DNA of 64,000 nucleotides from Escherichia coli. GTDB lineage: Bacteria > Pseudomonadota > Gammaproteobacteria > Enterobacterales > Enterobacteriaceae. The notes under the pieces were generated by a model. That model did no database searches and was not told the origin of the DNA. It was given only the letters and a program-made list of their open reading frames with translations. Each line of letters begins with the position of its first letter. The first letter of the stretch is position 1. The DNA lies in assembly GCF_003790525.1 (NCBI RefSeq), contig NZ_CP033635.1. The stretch is one strand, 5' to 3'. Shown here piece by piece: positions 19,646-33,577 of the stretch. The position numbers and the translations under genes are program-made.

Positions 19646-20580
19646 TCTTTCTGCGAATTGAGATGACGCCACTGGCTGGGCGTCATCCCGGTTTCCCGGG
19701 TAAACACCACCGAAAAATAGTTACTATCTTCAAAGCCACATTCGGTTGAAATATCACTGATTAACAGGCGGCTATGCTGGAGAAGATATTGCGCATGACA
19801 CACTCTGACCTGCCGCAGATATTGATTGATGGTCATTCCAGTCTGCTGGCGAAATTGCTGACGCAAAACGCGCTCACTGCACGATGCCTCATCACAAAAC
19901 TCATCCAGCGCAAAGGGACTTTTCAGGCTGGCCGCCAGCCGGGTAATCAGCTTATCCAGCAACGTTTCGCTGGATGTTGGCGGCAACGAATCGCTGGTGT
20001 AACGATGGCGATTCAGCGACATCACCAACTGCCCGAACAGCAACTCTGCCATTTCGTTAGCAAACGGCACATGCTGACTACTTTCATGCTCAAGCTGACC
20101 GATAATCTGCCGCGCCTGTGCCATCCCCATGCTACCTAAGCGCCAGTGTGGTTGCCCTGCGCTGGCGCTAAATCCCGGAATCGCCCCCTGCCAGTCAAGA
20201 TTCAGCTTCAGCCGCTCCGGGCAATAAATAATATTCTGCAAAACCAGATCGTTAACGGAAGCGTAGGAGTGTTTATCGTCAGCATGAATGTAAAAGAGAT
20301 CGCCACGGGTAATGCGATAAGGGCGATCGTTGAGTACATGCAGACCATTACCGCGCCAGACAATTACCAGCTCACAAAAATCATGTGTATGTTCAGCAAA
20401 GACATCTTGCGGATAACGGTCAGCCACAGCGACTGCCTGCTGGTCGCTGGCAAAAAAATCATCTTTGAGAAGTTTTAACTGATGCGCCACCGTGGCTACC
20501 TCGGTCAGAGAACGAAGTTGATTATTCGCAATATGGCGTACAAATACGTTGAGAAGATTCGCGTTATTGCAGAAAGCCAT
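19642..20580 (-). CDS. rhaR: AraC-family regulator RhaR
   Basis: Start set at [10 protein letters not shown] (312-aa form); longer ORF overlaps rhaS. Confidence 0.9.
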   Translation of the reverse strand: MAFCNNANLLNVFVRHIANNQLRSLTEVATVAHQLKLLKDDFFASDQQAVAVADRYPQDVFAEHTHDFCELVIVWRGNGLHVLNDRPYRITRGDLFYIHADDKHSYASVNDLVLQNIIYCPERLKLNLDWQGAIPGFSASAGQPHWRLGSMGMAQARQIIGQLEHESSQHVPFANEMAELLFGQLVMSLNRHRYTSDSLPPTSSETLLDKLITRLAASLKSPFALDEFCDEASCSERVLRQQFRQQTGMTINQYLRQVRVCHAQYLLQHSRLLISDISTECGFEDSNYFSVVFTRETGMTPSQWRHLNSQKD

Positions 20581-21400
20581 CCCGTCCCTGACGAATATCA
20601 CGCGGTGACCAGTTAAACTCTCGGCGAAAAAGCGTCGAAAAGTGGTTACTGTCGCTAAATCCGCAGCGATAGGCGATGTCAGTAACGCTGGCCTCACTGT
20701 GGCGTAGCAGATGTCGGGCCTTCATCAGTCGCAGGCGGTTCAGGTAACGCTGAGGCGTCAGTCCCGTTTGCTGCTTAAGCTGCCGATGTAGCGTACGCAG
20801 CGAAAGAGAAAATTGATCCGCCACGGCATCCCAATTCACCTCATCGGCAAAATGGTCCTCCAGCCAGGCCAGAAGCAAGTTGAGACGTGACGCGCTGTTT
20901 TCCAGGTTCTCCTGCAAACTGCTTTTACGCAGCAAGAGCAGTAATTGCATAAATAAGATCTCGCGACTGGCGGTCGAGGGTAAATCATTTTCCTCTTCCT
21001 GCTGTTCCATCTGTGCAACCAGCTGTCGCACCTGCTGCAACACGCTGTGGTTAACGCGCCAGTGAGACGGATACTGCCCATCCTGCTCTTGTGGCAGCAA
21101 CTGATTCAGCCCGGCGAGAAACTGAAATCGATCCGGCGAGCGATACAGCACATTGGTCAGACACAGATTATCGGTATGTTCATACAGATGCCGATCATGA
21201 TCGCGTACGAAACAGACCGTCCCCCCGGTGATGGTATAGGGCTGCCCATTAAACACATGAATACCCGTGCCATGTTCGACAATCACAATTTCATGAAAAT
21301 CATGATGATGTTCAGGAAAATCCGCCTGCGGGAGCCGGGGTTCTATCGCCACGGACGCGTTACCAGACGGAAAAAAATCCACACTATGTAATACGGTCAT
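20564..21400 (-). CDS. rhaS: AraC-family activator RhaS
   Basis: 278 aa, synteny. Confidence 0.9.
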   Translation of the reverse strand: MTVLHSVDFFPSGNASVAIEPRLPQADFPEHHHDFHEIVIVEHGTGIHVFNGQPYTITGGTVCFVRDHDRHLYEHTDNLCLTNVLYRSPDRFQFLAGLNQLLPQEQDGQYPSHWRVNHSVLQQVRQLVAQMEQQEEENDLPSTASREILFMQLLLLLRKSSLQENLENSASRLNLLLAWLEDHFADEVNWDAVADQFSLSLRTLHRQLKQQTGLTPQRYLNRLRLMKARHLLRHSEASVTDIAYRCGFSDSNHFSTLFRREFNWSPRDIRQGRDGFLQ

Positions 21401-24413
<3,013 letters not shown>

Positions 24414-24475
24414 ACACTGCCGGATGCGGCGCGAGCGCCTTATCCGGCCTACGGGTCGTGCATCCGACAACACCG
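24414..24475. repeat. REP element
   Basis: ctgccggatgcggcg ... gccttatccggcctac. Confidence 0.5.
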
Positions 24476-24495
24476 AATTTACAGGAACACAGAAC

Positions 24496-25320
24496 ATGCA
24501 AAACATTACCCAGTCCTGGTTTGTCCAGGGAATGATCAAAGCCACCACCGACGCCTGGCTGAAAGGCTGGGACGAGCGCAATGGTGGTAACCTGACGCTG
24601 CGCCTGGATGACGCCGATATCGCACCGTATCACGACAACTTTCATGCACAACCGCGCTATATCCCGCTCAGCCAGCCCATGCCTTTACTGGCAAATACAC
24701 CGTTTATTGTCACCGGCTCCGGCAAATTCTTCCGTAACGTCCAGCTTGATCCTGCGGCTAACTTAGGCGTCGTAAAAGTCGACAGCGACGGCGCGGGCTA
24801 CCATATTCTCTGGGGGTTAACCAACGAAGCCGTCCCGACATCCGAACTTCCGGCGCACTTCCTCTCTCATTGCGAACGCATTAAAGCCACCAACGGTAAA
24901 GATCGGGTGATCATGCACTGCCATGCCACCAACCTGATCGCCCTTACCTACGTATTGGAAAACGACACCGCGGTCTTCACTCGCCAGCTTTGGGAAGGCA
25001 GCACCGAGTGTCTGGTAGTGTTCCCGGATGGCGTCGGCATTTTGCCGTGGATGGTGCCCGGCACCGACGAAATCGGCCAGGCGACCGCACAGGAAATGCA
25101 AAAACATTCGCTGGTGTTGTGGCCCTTCCACGGCGTCTTCGGCAGCGGTCCGACACTGGATGAAACATTCGGTTTAATCGACACCGCAGAAAAATCAGCA
25201 CAAGTATTAGTGAAGGTTTATTCGATGGGCGGCATGAAACAGACCATCAGTCGTGAAGAGCTGATAGCACTCGGCCAGCGTTTCGGCGTTACACCACTTG
25301 CCAGTGCGCTGGCGCTGTAA
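24496..25320 (+). CDS. rhaD: Rhamnulose-1-phosphate aldolase
   Basis: Start at [15 protein letters not shown] (274 aa). Confidence 0.95.
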   Translation: MQNITQSWFVQGMIKATTDAWLKGWDERNGGNLTLRLDDADIAPYHDNFHAQPRYIPLSQPMPLLANTPFIVTGSGKFFRNVQLDPAANLGVVKVDSDGAGYHILWGLTNEAVPTSELPAHFLSHCERIKATNGKDRVIMHCHATNLIALTYVLENDTAVFTRQLWEGSTECLVVFPDGVGILPWMVPGTDEIGQATAQEMQKHSLVLWPFHGVFGSGPTLDETFGLIDTAEKSAQVLVKVYSMGGMKQTISREELIALGQRFGVTPLASALAL

Positions 25321-25329
25321 GGAGCAAAT

Positions 25330-25644
25330 ATGATCCGCAAAGCCTTTGTCATGCAGGTTAACCCCGACGCCCACGAAGAGTATCAGCGTCGGCATAATCC
25401 AATCTGGCCGGAACTGGAAGCAGTGTTGAAATCTCACGGTGCGCATAACTACGCCATTTACCTCGACAAAGCGCGTAATCTGCTGTTTGCCACGGTAGAG
25501 ATTGAATCTGAAGAACGGTGGAATGCGGTAGCCAGTACTGATGTTTGCCAACGTTGGTGGAAGTATATGACCGACGTTATGCCAGCTAACCCGGATAACA
25601 GCCCAGTCAGTAGCGAGCTGCAAGAAGTGTTTTACCTGCCTTAA
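25330..25644 (+). CDS. rhaM: L-rhamnose mutarotase
   Basis: 104 aa, synteny. Confidence 0.9.
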
Positions 25645-25684
25645 TGAGTTGCGGTGCCGGAAAATATCCAGCACCGCGCCTTCA

Positions 25685-27079
25685 TCAGAAGAAGTATTTA
25701 AAGCGAACGCGTGCGCCGTAACGGTCATCAGTATCATCACCGTGTTTTTTATCACCGTCGCTATCCAGAATGGAGTAATACGTCCCGAGGTAAATATTAA
25801 AGTTCTCCATATCCATCACATTAGCGAACTGATAAGACGCATGAATGGTGTGAATGGTGTACGTCCCTTCATCATCAATCCAGCAGTCGTTATCACAAAC
25901 TACACCGCTGAATTCATCAATCTTATTGTGCGCGTAGATATAACCCAGCTCGAAACGTTTCCACAGCGCGTTAATCCCGGCAGTGAAATCTTTCTCATTA
26001 TTAGCATCTAAATAGGCGGTATTAAGATTAACCACGACGCCATTTTCCGGATCCGTTTTCAGGCCATTCCAGGTCATGCTCATACCATAGCCGGTACGAT
26101 CGGACTGATCGACAAAATTACCCTTGCTATCGGTATAACCATAAGCATTATTTACTACGTTCGCTTCCATCGCTGCGGAAACGGTGAATTCTTCCGTCGG
26201 CGACCAGGCAATTACCGGACGCAGATAAGCAACATTTTTCTGCTGCTCCATATCGCGTCCATGATAATTACCGTCATTATATAAAGATGTTCCGTCTTCA
26301 AGTAACGTGTTTAACTCAAAATACCAGTTATCAAGTTGTTTGCTGACGAGGAAATTACCGCCAGCGTTAGAGCGCCCGCGGCCCTCTTTCATCATATAGA
26401 TATAACCGCTGCCATCGTCATAAAGATCGTTCGCAGTATTACCGGAATGTTCAACAAAGGTATCCTGATTCAGCGGGAACATATCGTAGGCTTCAAAACG
26501 GCCGACTTTGACCTTCCAGTCATTCTCTTTCCCAAAGAAGAATACCGCATCATCGATATTTACTGAACCGTGCATGTCCCCCAGCGGTTGTGCGGAGAAC
26601 CCGGCGAAATAGCCATTATCCAGTTTTCGCATACCATCAAAACCTAACAAAATACGACCATTGAGATTCCACTGTTCATTAGTGGGATCGCTATTCACAT
26701 CAGCGTTGGTCATTGCCAGCAGGCCATGATTACTTTCTGCATCCATATTAAATTCTACGTCGCCGTAGATTTTTAAATCGCCATAACCTGAGAGCAAAAG
26801 ATTAGGTGAGGTGGAGTTTTTCTTTGCAGATTCCGCCGTTGCCTGTCCATTTACCGGCGTATTGCCCTGGGCAGCCTTAATTTCGCGGATCTCAGCGGCT
26901 TGTTGTGTCTGCAGCTGTTTAACCTGGCTCTCTGCTTTTGCTGCCCGCATTTCTGCCGCTTCCAGGCGTTCTTCCAGCAATGCCATGCGTTGTTCCAGCG
27001 TTAAATGCTGTGTTTTTGCCATTCCGGTACTACATGCCAATAATAAACCGATGGCTAAAGATAATGTCGATTTTTTCAT
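25685..27079 (-). CDS. Outer-membrane carbohydrate-selective porin, OprB-like
   Basis: Signal peptide MKKSTLSLAIGLLLACSTGMA, coiled-coil LEQRMALLEERLEAAEMRAAKAESQVKQLQ, beta-rich body, C-terminal aromatic (RFKYFF). Confidence 0.7.
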   Translation of the reverse strand: MKKSTLSLAIGLLLACSTGMAKTQHLTLEQRMALLEERLEAAEMRAAKAESQVKQLQTQQAAEIREIKAAQGNTPVNGQATAESAKKNSTSPNLLLSGYGDLKIYGDVEFNMDAESNHGLLAMTNADVNSDPTNEQWNLNGRILLGFDGMRKLDNGYFAGFSAQPLGDMHGSVNIDDAVFFFGKENDWKVKVGRFEAYDMFPLNQDTFVEHSGNTANDLYDDGSGYIYMMKEGRGRSNAGGNFLVSKQLDNWYFELNTLLEDGTSLYNDGNYHGRDMEQQKNVAYLRPVIAWSPTEEFTVSAAMEANVVNNAYGYTDSKGNFVDQSDRTGYGMSMTWNGLKTDPENGVVVNLNTAYLDANNEKDFTAGINALWKRFELGYIYAHNKIDEFSGVVCDNDCWIDDEGTYTIHTIHASYQFANVMDMENFNIYLGTYYSILDSDGDKKHGDDTDDRYGARVRFKYFF

Positions 27080-27555
27080 TATTTACGTTCCCTGAAATAA
27101 AAGAGACCCTACGCTTTCCAAAAGGAATACGTATATAGAGAAATATAAGGTGTGCACTTTCGAATTTTTAATCCAACTTCAGCAGGCCGATGGATAGTAT
27201 CCCGCTGCATAATATGAGTAAATCCGCTGATTTCCTGGAACGTGAGGAATATAACAATAGTGCCTTTTTTAACCAAATATCGTAAAAAATATTAGATATA
27301 ATTCACGCTGACTCATAAGCCACAAATATAAATAACCTTGCTGCAAAACATGTGCGACAGTTAAACATTCACAACATCATTAAATAATGATTTTTTATTC
27401 ACTGAATTTATTTTTCCCATCAATATGTGCCTTACACCACAAAATTTATCCTTCACTCTGCCTTATATTGTCACGACTTCACGACATATCCGCGCTCATC
27501 ACAAAACCGCCCCGCCGTTACAATTAACTATAATATTTTTTCATGGAGTCCAATA

Positions 27556-28002
27556 ATGGCAGCACTTACTGCAAGCTGTATTGACCTGAATATTCAGGGC
27601 AATGGCGCTTATTCCGTTCTGAAGCAGTTGGCGACAATGGCGTTACAAAACGGTTTTATCACCGACTCACACCAGTTCCTGCAAACCCTGCTGCTGCGCG
27701 AAAAAATGCACTCCACGGGATTTGGTTCCGGCATCGCCGTGCCGCACGGTAAAAGCGCCTGCGTTAAACAACCGTTCGTGTTATTCGCCCGCAAAACGCA
27801 GGCCATTGACTGGCAGGCCAGCGATGGCGAAGACGTCAATTGCTGGATCTGCCTCGGCGTGCCACAAAGTGGCGAAGAGGAACAGGTCAAAATCATCGGC
27901 ACGCTGTGCCGCAAAATTATCCACCAGGATTTTATCAACCAACTGCGACAGGGCGACGCCGACCAGGTACTTGCTTTGTTAAATCAAACCCTCAGCTCAT
28001 AA
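27556..28002 (+). CDS. frvA: PTS fructose-like EIIA component
   Basis: Start at MAALTASCIDLNIQG (148 aa); longer ORF rejected. Confidence 0.85.
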   Translation: MAALTASCIDLNIQGNGAYSVLKQLATMALQNGFITDSHQFLQTLLLREKMHSTGFGSGIAVPHGKSACVKQPFVLFARKTQAIDWQASDGEDVNCWICLGVPQSGEEEQVKIIGTLCRKIIHQDFINQLRQGDADQVLALLNQTLSS

Positions 28003-28012
28003 GGAAGTGGCG

Positions 28013-29464
28013 ATGGAGTCATCCTTACGTATTGTCGCGATCACCAACTGCCCCGCCGGGATCGCTCACACCTACATGGTGGCGGAAGCCCTGGAACAGA
28101 AAGCCCGTTCTCTCGGTCATACCATTAAAGTTGAAACTCAAGGATCAAGCGGCATCGAAAACCGCTTATCCAGCGAAGAGATTGCCGCTGCCGATTACGT
28201 GATTCTCGCTACCGGGCGTGGCCTGAGCGGTGATGATCGCGCGCGATTTGCCGGGAAAAAGGTTTATGAGATTGCCATCTCCCAGGCGCTGAAAAATATC
28301 GACCAGATTTTCAGTGAATTACCGACAAACTCGCAGCTTTTTGCCGCAGATAGCGGCGTGAAGCTCGGCAAACAGGAAGTGCAAAGTGGCAGCGTAATGA
28401 GCCATCTGATGGCGGGTGTTTCTGCGGCGCTGCCGTTTGTCATCGGTGGCGGTATCCTGGTGGCGCTTGCCAACATGCTGGTGCAGTTCGGTTTGCCGTA
28501 TACCGATATGTCGAAAGGCGCGCCGTCGTTTACCTGGGTGGTGGAATCCATCGGTTATCTCGGCTTCACCTTTATGATCCCCATCATGGGCGCTTATATT
28601 GCCTCGTCGATTGCCGATAAACCGGCTTTCGCTCCGGCGTTTCTGGTTTGCTATCTGGCGAATGACAAAGCCCTGCTCGGCACCCAGTCTGGCGCGGGCT
28701 TCCTCGGTGCGGTGGTGCTGGGGCTGGCGATTGGCTATTTCGTCTTCTGGTTCCGTAAAGTGCGCCTTGGCAAAGCATTACAACCGCTGCTCGGTTCCAT
28801 GCTGATCCCGTTCGTTACTCTGCTGGTTTTTGGCGTACTGACTTACTACGTTATCGGACCGGTGATGTCCGACCTCATGGGCGGGTTGCTGCACTTCCTG
28901 AACACCATTCCTCCGTCAATGAAGTTTGCGGCGGCGTTTCTGGTTGGTGCGATGCTGGCATTCGATATGGGCGGCCCCATCAACAAAACCGCCTGGTTCT
29001 TCTGCTTCTCTCTGCTGGAAAAACACATTTACGACTGGTACGCCATCGTCGGCGTTGTCGCGCTGATGCCGCCTGTCGCGGCGGGTCTTGCGACGTTCAT
29101 TGCGCCCAAACTGTTTACTCAACAGGAAAAAGAAGCCGCCAGTAGCGCCATTGTGGTCGGTGCCACGGTCGCGACCGAACCGGCTATTCCTTACGCTCTG
29201 GCGGCACCACTGCCAATGATCACCGCCAATACGCTGGCGGGCGGCATTACCGGCGTGCTGGTGATCGCTTTCGGAATCAAACGACTGGCACCTGGTTTGG
29301 GTATCTTTGACCCGCTGATCGGCCTGATGTCGCCGGTAGGTTCGTTTTACCTGGTGCTGGCGATTGGCCTCGCGCTGAACATTTCATTCATTATCGTCCT
29401 GAAAGGATTATGGTTACGCCGCAAAGCCAAAGCTGCGCAACAGGAGCTTGTCCATGAACATTGA
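28013..29464 (+). CDS. frvB: PTS fructose-like EIIBC component
   Basis: Membrane protein, synteny. Confidence 0.85.
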   Translation: MESSLRIVAITNCPAGIAHTYMVAEALEQKARSLGHTIKVETQGSSGIENRLSSEEIAAADYVILATGRGLSGDDRARFAGKKVYEIAISQALKNIDQIFSELPTNSQLFAADSGVKLGKQEVQSGSVMSHLMAGVSAALPFVIGGGILVALANMLVQFGLPYTDMSKGAPSFTWVVESIGYLGFTFMIPIMGAYIASSIADKPAFAPAFLVCYLANDKALLGTQSGAGFLGAVVLGLAIGYFVFWFRKVRLGKALQPLLGSMLIPFVTLLVFGVLTYYVIGPVMSDLMGGLLHFLNTIPPSMKFAAAFLVGAMLAFDMGGPINKTAWFFCFSLLEKHIYDWYAIVGVVALMPPVAAGLATFIAPKLFTQQEKEAASSAIVVGATVATEPAIPYALAAPLPMITANTLAGGITGVLVIAFGIKRLAPGLGIFDPLIGLMSPVGSFYLVLAIGLALNISFIIVLKGLWLRRKAKAAQQELVHEH

Positions 29465-30524
29465 GTTGCTGCAACAGTTGTGCGAAGCCAGCGCCGTCAG
29501 CGGCGATGAACAGGAAGTTCGCGACATTCTGATAAACACGCTGGAACCTTGCGTTAATGAGATCACCTTTGATGGTCTGGGCAGCTTTGTTGCCCGTAAG
29601 GGGAATAAAGGGCCAAAAGTTGCTGTTGTCGGGCATATGGATGAAGTCGGCTTTATGGTCACCCACATCGACAAGAGCGGTTTTCTGCGTTTTACCACCA
29701 TTGGCGGCTGGTGGAATCAGTCGATGCTCAACCACCGGGTAACCATACGGACACACAAGGGAGTGAAAATCCCTGGTGTAATTGGCTCCGTCGCCCCACA
29801 TGCGTTAACCGAAAAGCAAAAGCAACAACCGCTGTCATTTGATGAGATGTTCATTGATATTGGCGCGAACAGTCGCGAAGAGGTGGAAAAACGCGGCGTG
29901 GAAATTGGCAATTTTATTAGCCCGGAAGCCAATTTTGCCTGCTGGGGCGAAGATAAAGTGGTCGGCAAGGCGTTGGATAACCGCATCGGCTGCGCAATGA
30001 TGGCCGAGCTACTACAGACAGTAAATAACCCCGAAATTACGCTTTATGGCGTTGGCAGTGTGGAAGAAGAAGTTGGGCTACGCGGGGCACAAACCTCGGC
30101 TGAACACATTAAACCGGATGTGGTGATCGTGCTGGATACCGCCGTCGCGGGCGATGTTCCGGGCATTGATAACATTAAATACCCGCTGAAACTGGGCCAG
30201 GGGCCGGGGCTGATGCTGTTTGACAAGCGCTACTTCCCCAACCAGAAACTGGTGGCGGCGTTAAAAAACTGTGCCGCACATAACGATTTACCGCTGCAAT
30301 GTTCCACCATGAAAACCGGAGCGACGGATGGCGGGCGCTACAACGTGATGGGCGGCGGGCGTCCAGTTGTCGCGCTGTGTCTGCCAACGCGTTATCTGCA
30401 CGCCAATAGCGGTATGATTTCAAAAGCCGATTACGATGCTCTGCTCACGTTGATAAGGGATTTTCTGACCACCTTAACCGCGGAGAAAGTCAACGCGTTT
30501 AGCCAGTTCCGTCAGGTGGATTAA
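29454..30524 (+). CDS. frvX: M42-family aminopeptidase/cellulase-like protein FrvX
   Basis: Start at MNIELLQQL (356 aa). Confidence 0.85.
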   Translation: MNIELLQQLCEASAVSGDEQEVRDILINTLEPCVNEITFDGLGSFVARKGNKGPKVAVVGHMDEVGFMVTHIDKSGFLRFTTIGGWWNQSMLNHRVTIRTHKGVKIPGVIGSVAPHALTEKQKQQPLSFDEMFIDIGANSREEVEKRGVEIGNFISPEANFACWGEDKVVGKALDNRIGCAMMAELLQTVNNPEITLYGVGSVEEEVGLRGAQTSAEHIKPDVVIVLDTAVAGDVPGIDNIKYPLKLGQGPGLMLFDKRYFPNQKLVAALKNCAAHNDLPLQCSTMKTGATDGGRYNVMGGGRPVVALCLPTRYLHANSGMISKADYDALLTLIRDFLTTLTAEKVNAFSQFRQVD

Positions 30525-32272
30525 TGCTAAACGAACGCCAGTTAAAGATTGTCGATCTGCTGGAGCAACAGCCACGCACGCCTGGCGAGCTGGCGCAACA
30601 GACTGGCGTTTCCGGCAGGACCATCCTGCGTGATATTGACTATCTCAACTTTACCCTTAACGGCAAAGCCCGCATTTCCGCCAGTGGCAACGCGGGCTAT
30701 CAGCTGGAAATCTTCGAGCGCCGCAGCTTTTTTCAGTTGCTGCAAAAGCACGATAACGACGATCGGCTGCTGGCGCTGTTATTACTGAATACCTTCACTC
30801 CCCGTGCGCAACTCGCCTCGGCGCTTAATTTGCCAGAAACGTGGGTAGCAGAGCGCCTGCCCCGCCTGAAACAGCGCTATGAACGCGGTTTTTGTCTCGC
30901 TAGTCGCCCTGGTTTGGGCCATTTCATTGATGAGACAGAAGAGAAACGCATTATTTTGCTGGCGAATCTTTTACGCAAAGATCCGTTTTTAATTCCGCTG
31001 TCGGGCGTAACACGAGACAATTTTCAACAATTAACCACCGCCTGCGAAAAGCAACGTCGCTGGCCGCTGATGCAAGGCGACTATCTCTCAAGCCTGATTC
31101 TGGCGATTTACGCCCTGCGTAATCAACTGACCGATGAGTGGCCGCAATATCCCGGTGACGAGATAAAACAAATCGTTGAACAGAGCGGCCTGTTTCTTGG
31201 TGATAACGCTGTAAGAACCCTGACAGGTTTGATAGAGAAACAGCATCAGCAAGCGCAGGTAATTTCTGCCGATCATGTGCTGGGGTTGCTGCAAAGGGTG
31301 CCAGGCATCGCGTCATTGAATATTATTGATACGCAGTTGGTTGAGAATATTACCGGGCATTTATTACGTTGCCTTGCCGCACCGGTGTGGATTGCCGAGC
31401 ACCGCCAAAGCAGCATGAATAACCTGAAAGCCGCCTGGCCTGCGGCCTTTGATATGAGTCTGCACTTTATTACGCTACTGCGTGAACAGCTCGATATTCC
31501 CCTTTTCGACAGCGATCTGATCGGTTTGTATTTTGCCTGTGCGCTGGAACGGCATCAAAACGAACGCCAGCCGATCATTTTGCTCTCGGACCAGAACGCG
31601 ATTGCCACCATTAATCAGCTCGCCATTGAGCGCGATGTTTTACATTGTCGGGTGATTATTGCCCGTAGCTTAAGCGAACTTGTTGCCATTCGCGAAGAGA
31701 TTGAGCCGTTATTGATCATTAACAACAGCCATTATTTACTGGATGACGCGGTAAATAATTACATCACCGTAAAAAATATCATTACGGCTGCCGGTATCGA
31801 ACAAATAAAACATTTTCTGGCGACGGCATTTATTCGCCAGCAACCGGAGCGTTTTTTCTCTGCCCCCGGAAGTTTTCATTATTCGAATGTACGCGGTGAA
31901 AGCTGGCAACATATTACCCGGCAAATTTGTGCTCAATTAGTCGCACAACACCATATTACCGCCGATGAAGCGCAACGGATCATCGCCCGCGAAGGCGAAG
32001 GTGAAAACCTGATTGTTAATCGCCTCGCCATCCCACATTGCTGGAGCGAACAGGAGCGACGTTTTCGTGGATTTTTTATTACCCTCGCCCAACCGGTTGA
32101 GGTGAATAACGAAGTAGTTAACCATGTACTGATCGCCTGTGCCGCCGCCGATGCGCGTCATGAGCTAAAAATATTTAGCTATCTGGCAAGCGTATTGTGC
32201 CAGCATCCGGCAGAGGTTATTGCCGGGTTAACAGGATATGAGGCATTTATGGAGTTACTTCACAAGGGGTGA
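30524..32272 (+). CDS. frvR: PRD/HTH-type regulator FrvR
   Basis: 582 aa, synteny. Confidence 0.85.
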   Translation: MLNERQLKIVDLLEQQPRTPGELAQQTGVSGRTILRDIDYLNFTLNGKARISASGNAGYQLEIFERRSFFQLLQKHDNDDRLLALLLLNTFTPRAQLASALNLPETWVAERLPRLKQRYERGFCLASRPGLGHFIDETEEKRIILLANLLRKDPFLIPLSGVTRDNFQQLTTACEKQRRWPLMQGDYLSSLILAIYALRNQLTDEWPQYPGDEIKQIVEQSGLFLGDNAVRTLTGLIEKQHQQAQVISADHVLGLLQRVPGIASLNIIDTQLVENITGHLLRCLAAPVWIAEHRQSSMNNLKAAWPAAFDMSLHFITLLREQLDIPLFDSDLIGLYFACALERHQNERQPIILLSDQNAIATINQLAIERDVLHCRVIIARSLSELVAIREEIEPLLIINNSHYLLDDAVNNYITVKNIITAAGIEQIKHFLATAFIRQQPERFFSAPGSFHYSNVRGESWQHITRQICAQLVAQHHITADEAQRIIAREGEGENLIVNRLAIPHCWSEQERRFRGFFITLAQPVEVNNEVVNHVLIACAAADARHELKIFSYLASVLCQHPAEVIAGLTGYEAFMELLHKG

Positions 32273-32327
32273 ACTGTGTCGGATGCGCCGCATCCGACAC
32301 TGCATTTATCACCAAAATCAAAAACGT

Positions 32328-33383
32328 TTAACGCAAGCTATTATAGTCATCGACCATTTCGTTGTACTCGCGTAACGCTCGTGGAAATGAGTCGTCGACC
32401 ATCCAGCTTGTGTTTGCATCCTGAAGTTGCTCTTTATCCCAGTCAGAATACGGAACTTTATCTCTGACGCGGCGAACATATTTTTTAGCCTCGAGTTGAT
32501 ACTGGTCTGCCGAATTAATGAACGAGAAATTCATACCGCCTTTATCCGCTTCTTTGGCCTGCGCCACCAGCGTTTCCAGTTCAGACACTTTCTTCATTGC
32601 CGCATCAACATCAAACTTCTCTTGCGATATCAGGTTATTAATTTGTTTCGCTGAAATCATGACTGCCAGAGAATAGTAGTGGAATGTTTTCCCTTCTCTT
32701 TCTTCAATATTTTTCAGTTCCGCAAGCTGACGCTTATCATTAATTTCCTGGATCGCCGCATGATAAGATTCGGCTACAGGTTCAAAGGCTTCCAGATTTT
32801 TTAAGAATGTCTGGTGCAGCGTTTTCCCTTTCGCAAACGCATCGTCTTTATAATTTTCCTGGGTGTAATATTTATCCATTTCGTTAATGGTATTACCCAA
32901 CGCCACGGCAGCATCGATATAACTCACCGCTACGCCATCAATAGGTTGCAGCGCAGGCGTTAACGCCACAGCACTTTTTACGCCTTTTTCACACTCAGCG
33001 AGGCTGGATTCACTAAAGCCGTAGATGCCATAAACAGTACTCTCTTTACCGGTAGGCCCCTGTTTAAAATCTTTCAGCCAGTCAGCATAACGCGCCAGAC
33101 TGCGCTGTACCGGGATCTGTAACTTGTTGTAGCACTTGATATAGACATCCATTTTTTCGTCGAAAACCGCTTGTTCATCGACCACCGGTTGGGCAGGAGT
33201 TTCAGGTTTAACTTCTGCTTTTGCAACGGGAGCTTCAGCAGGTTTCGCTTCAGGAGCTGGTGCGGCAGGTTGACTATTGGCAGGCGGGGGCGTTTCTGTT
33301 TCGGCTTTTTTATCATCACAACCCGTGAGACCGAGGGCCATGATGGCGACTATAATAGCGGAAGATAATAAATTCCTTTTCAT
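32328..33383 (-). CDS. yiiG: Lipoprotein-like protein YiiG
   Basis: 351 aa, lipobox LTGC, Pro/Ala-rich linker. Confidence 0.8.
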   Translation of the reverse strand: MKRNLLSSAIIVAIMALGLTGCDDKKAETETPPPANSQPAAPAPEAKPAEAPVAKAEVKPETPAQPVVDEQAVFDEKMDVYIKCYNKLQIPVQRSLARYADWLKDFKQGPTGKESTVYGIYGFSESSLAECEKGVKSAVALTPALQPIDGVAVSYIDAAVALGNTINEMDKYYTQENYKDDAFAKGKTLHQTFLKNLEAFEPVAESYHAAIQEINDKRQLAELKNIEEREGKTFHYYSLAVMISAKQINNLISQEKFDVDAAMKKVSELETLVAQAKEADKGGMNFSFINSADQYQLEAKKYVRRVRDKVPYSDWDKEQLQDANTSWMVDDSFPRALREYNEMVDDYNSLR

Positions 33384-33577
33384 TTAATTGCCTTATAAAT
33401 ATTTAGATAAGAGAGATAATATTTTAAATGAAAAAATGATCCGTCACTATACACATTTTGCTTATAAACAAACCGAAATCATTCACACTCCGAATAATTC
33501 CTGCGACTTAAAATATAAATCGCAGGAAGCGATTTTAATTACCCGCTCTACCACTGGCGCAGGATATAAACTCTCAC

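Noticed and set aside
19642-20697. 351-aa extended rhaR ORF overlapping the 3' end of rhaS
   Set aside because: The upstream extension overlaps rhaS; the start at MAFCNN (20580) gives the expected RhaR length.
27427-27555. Extended 191-aa frvA ORF
   Set aside because: The upstream part has no homology context; FrvA starts at MAALTASCID, giving 148 aa.
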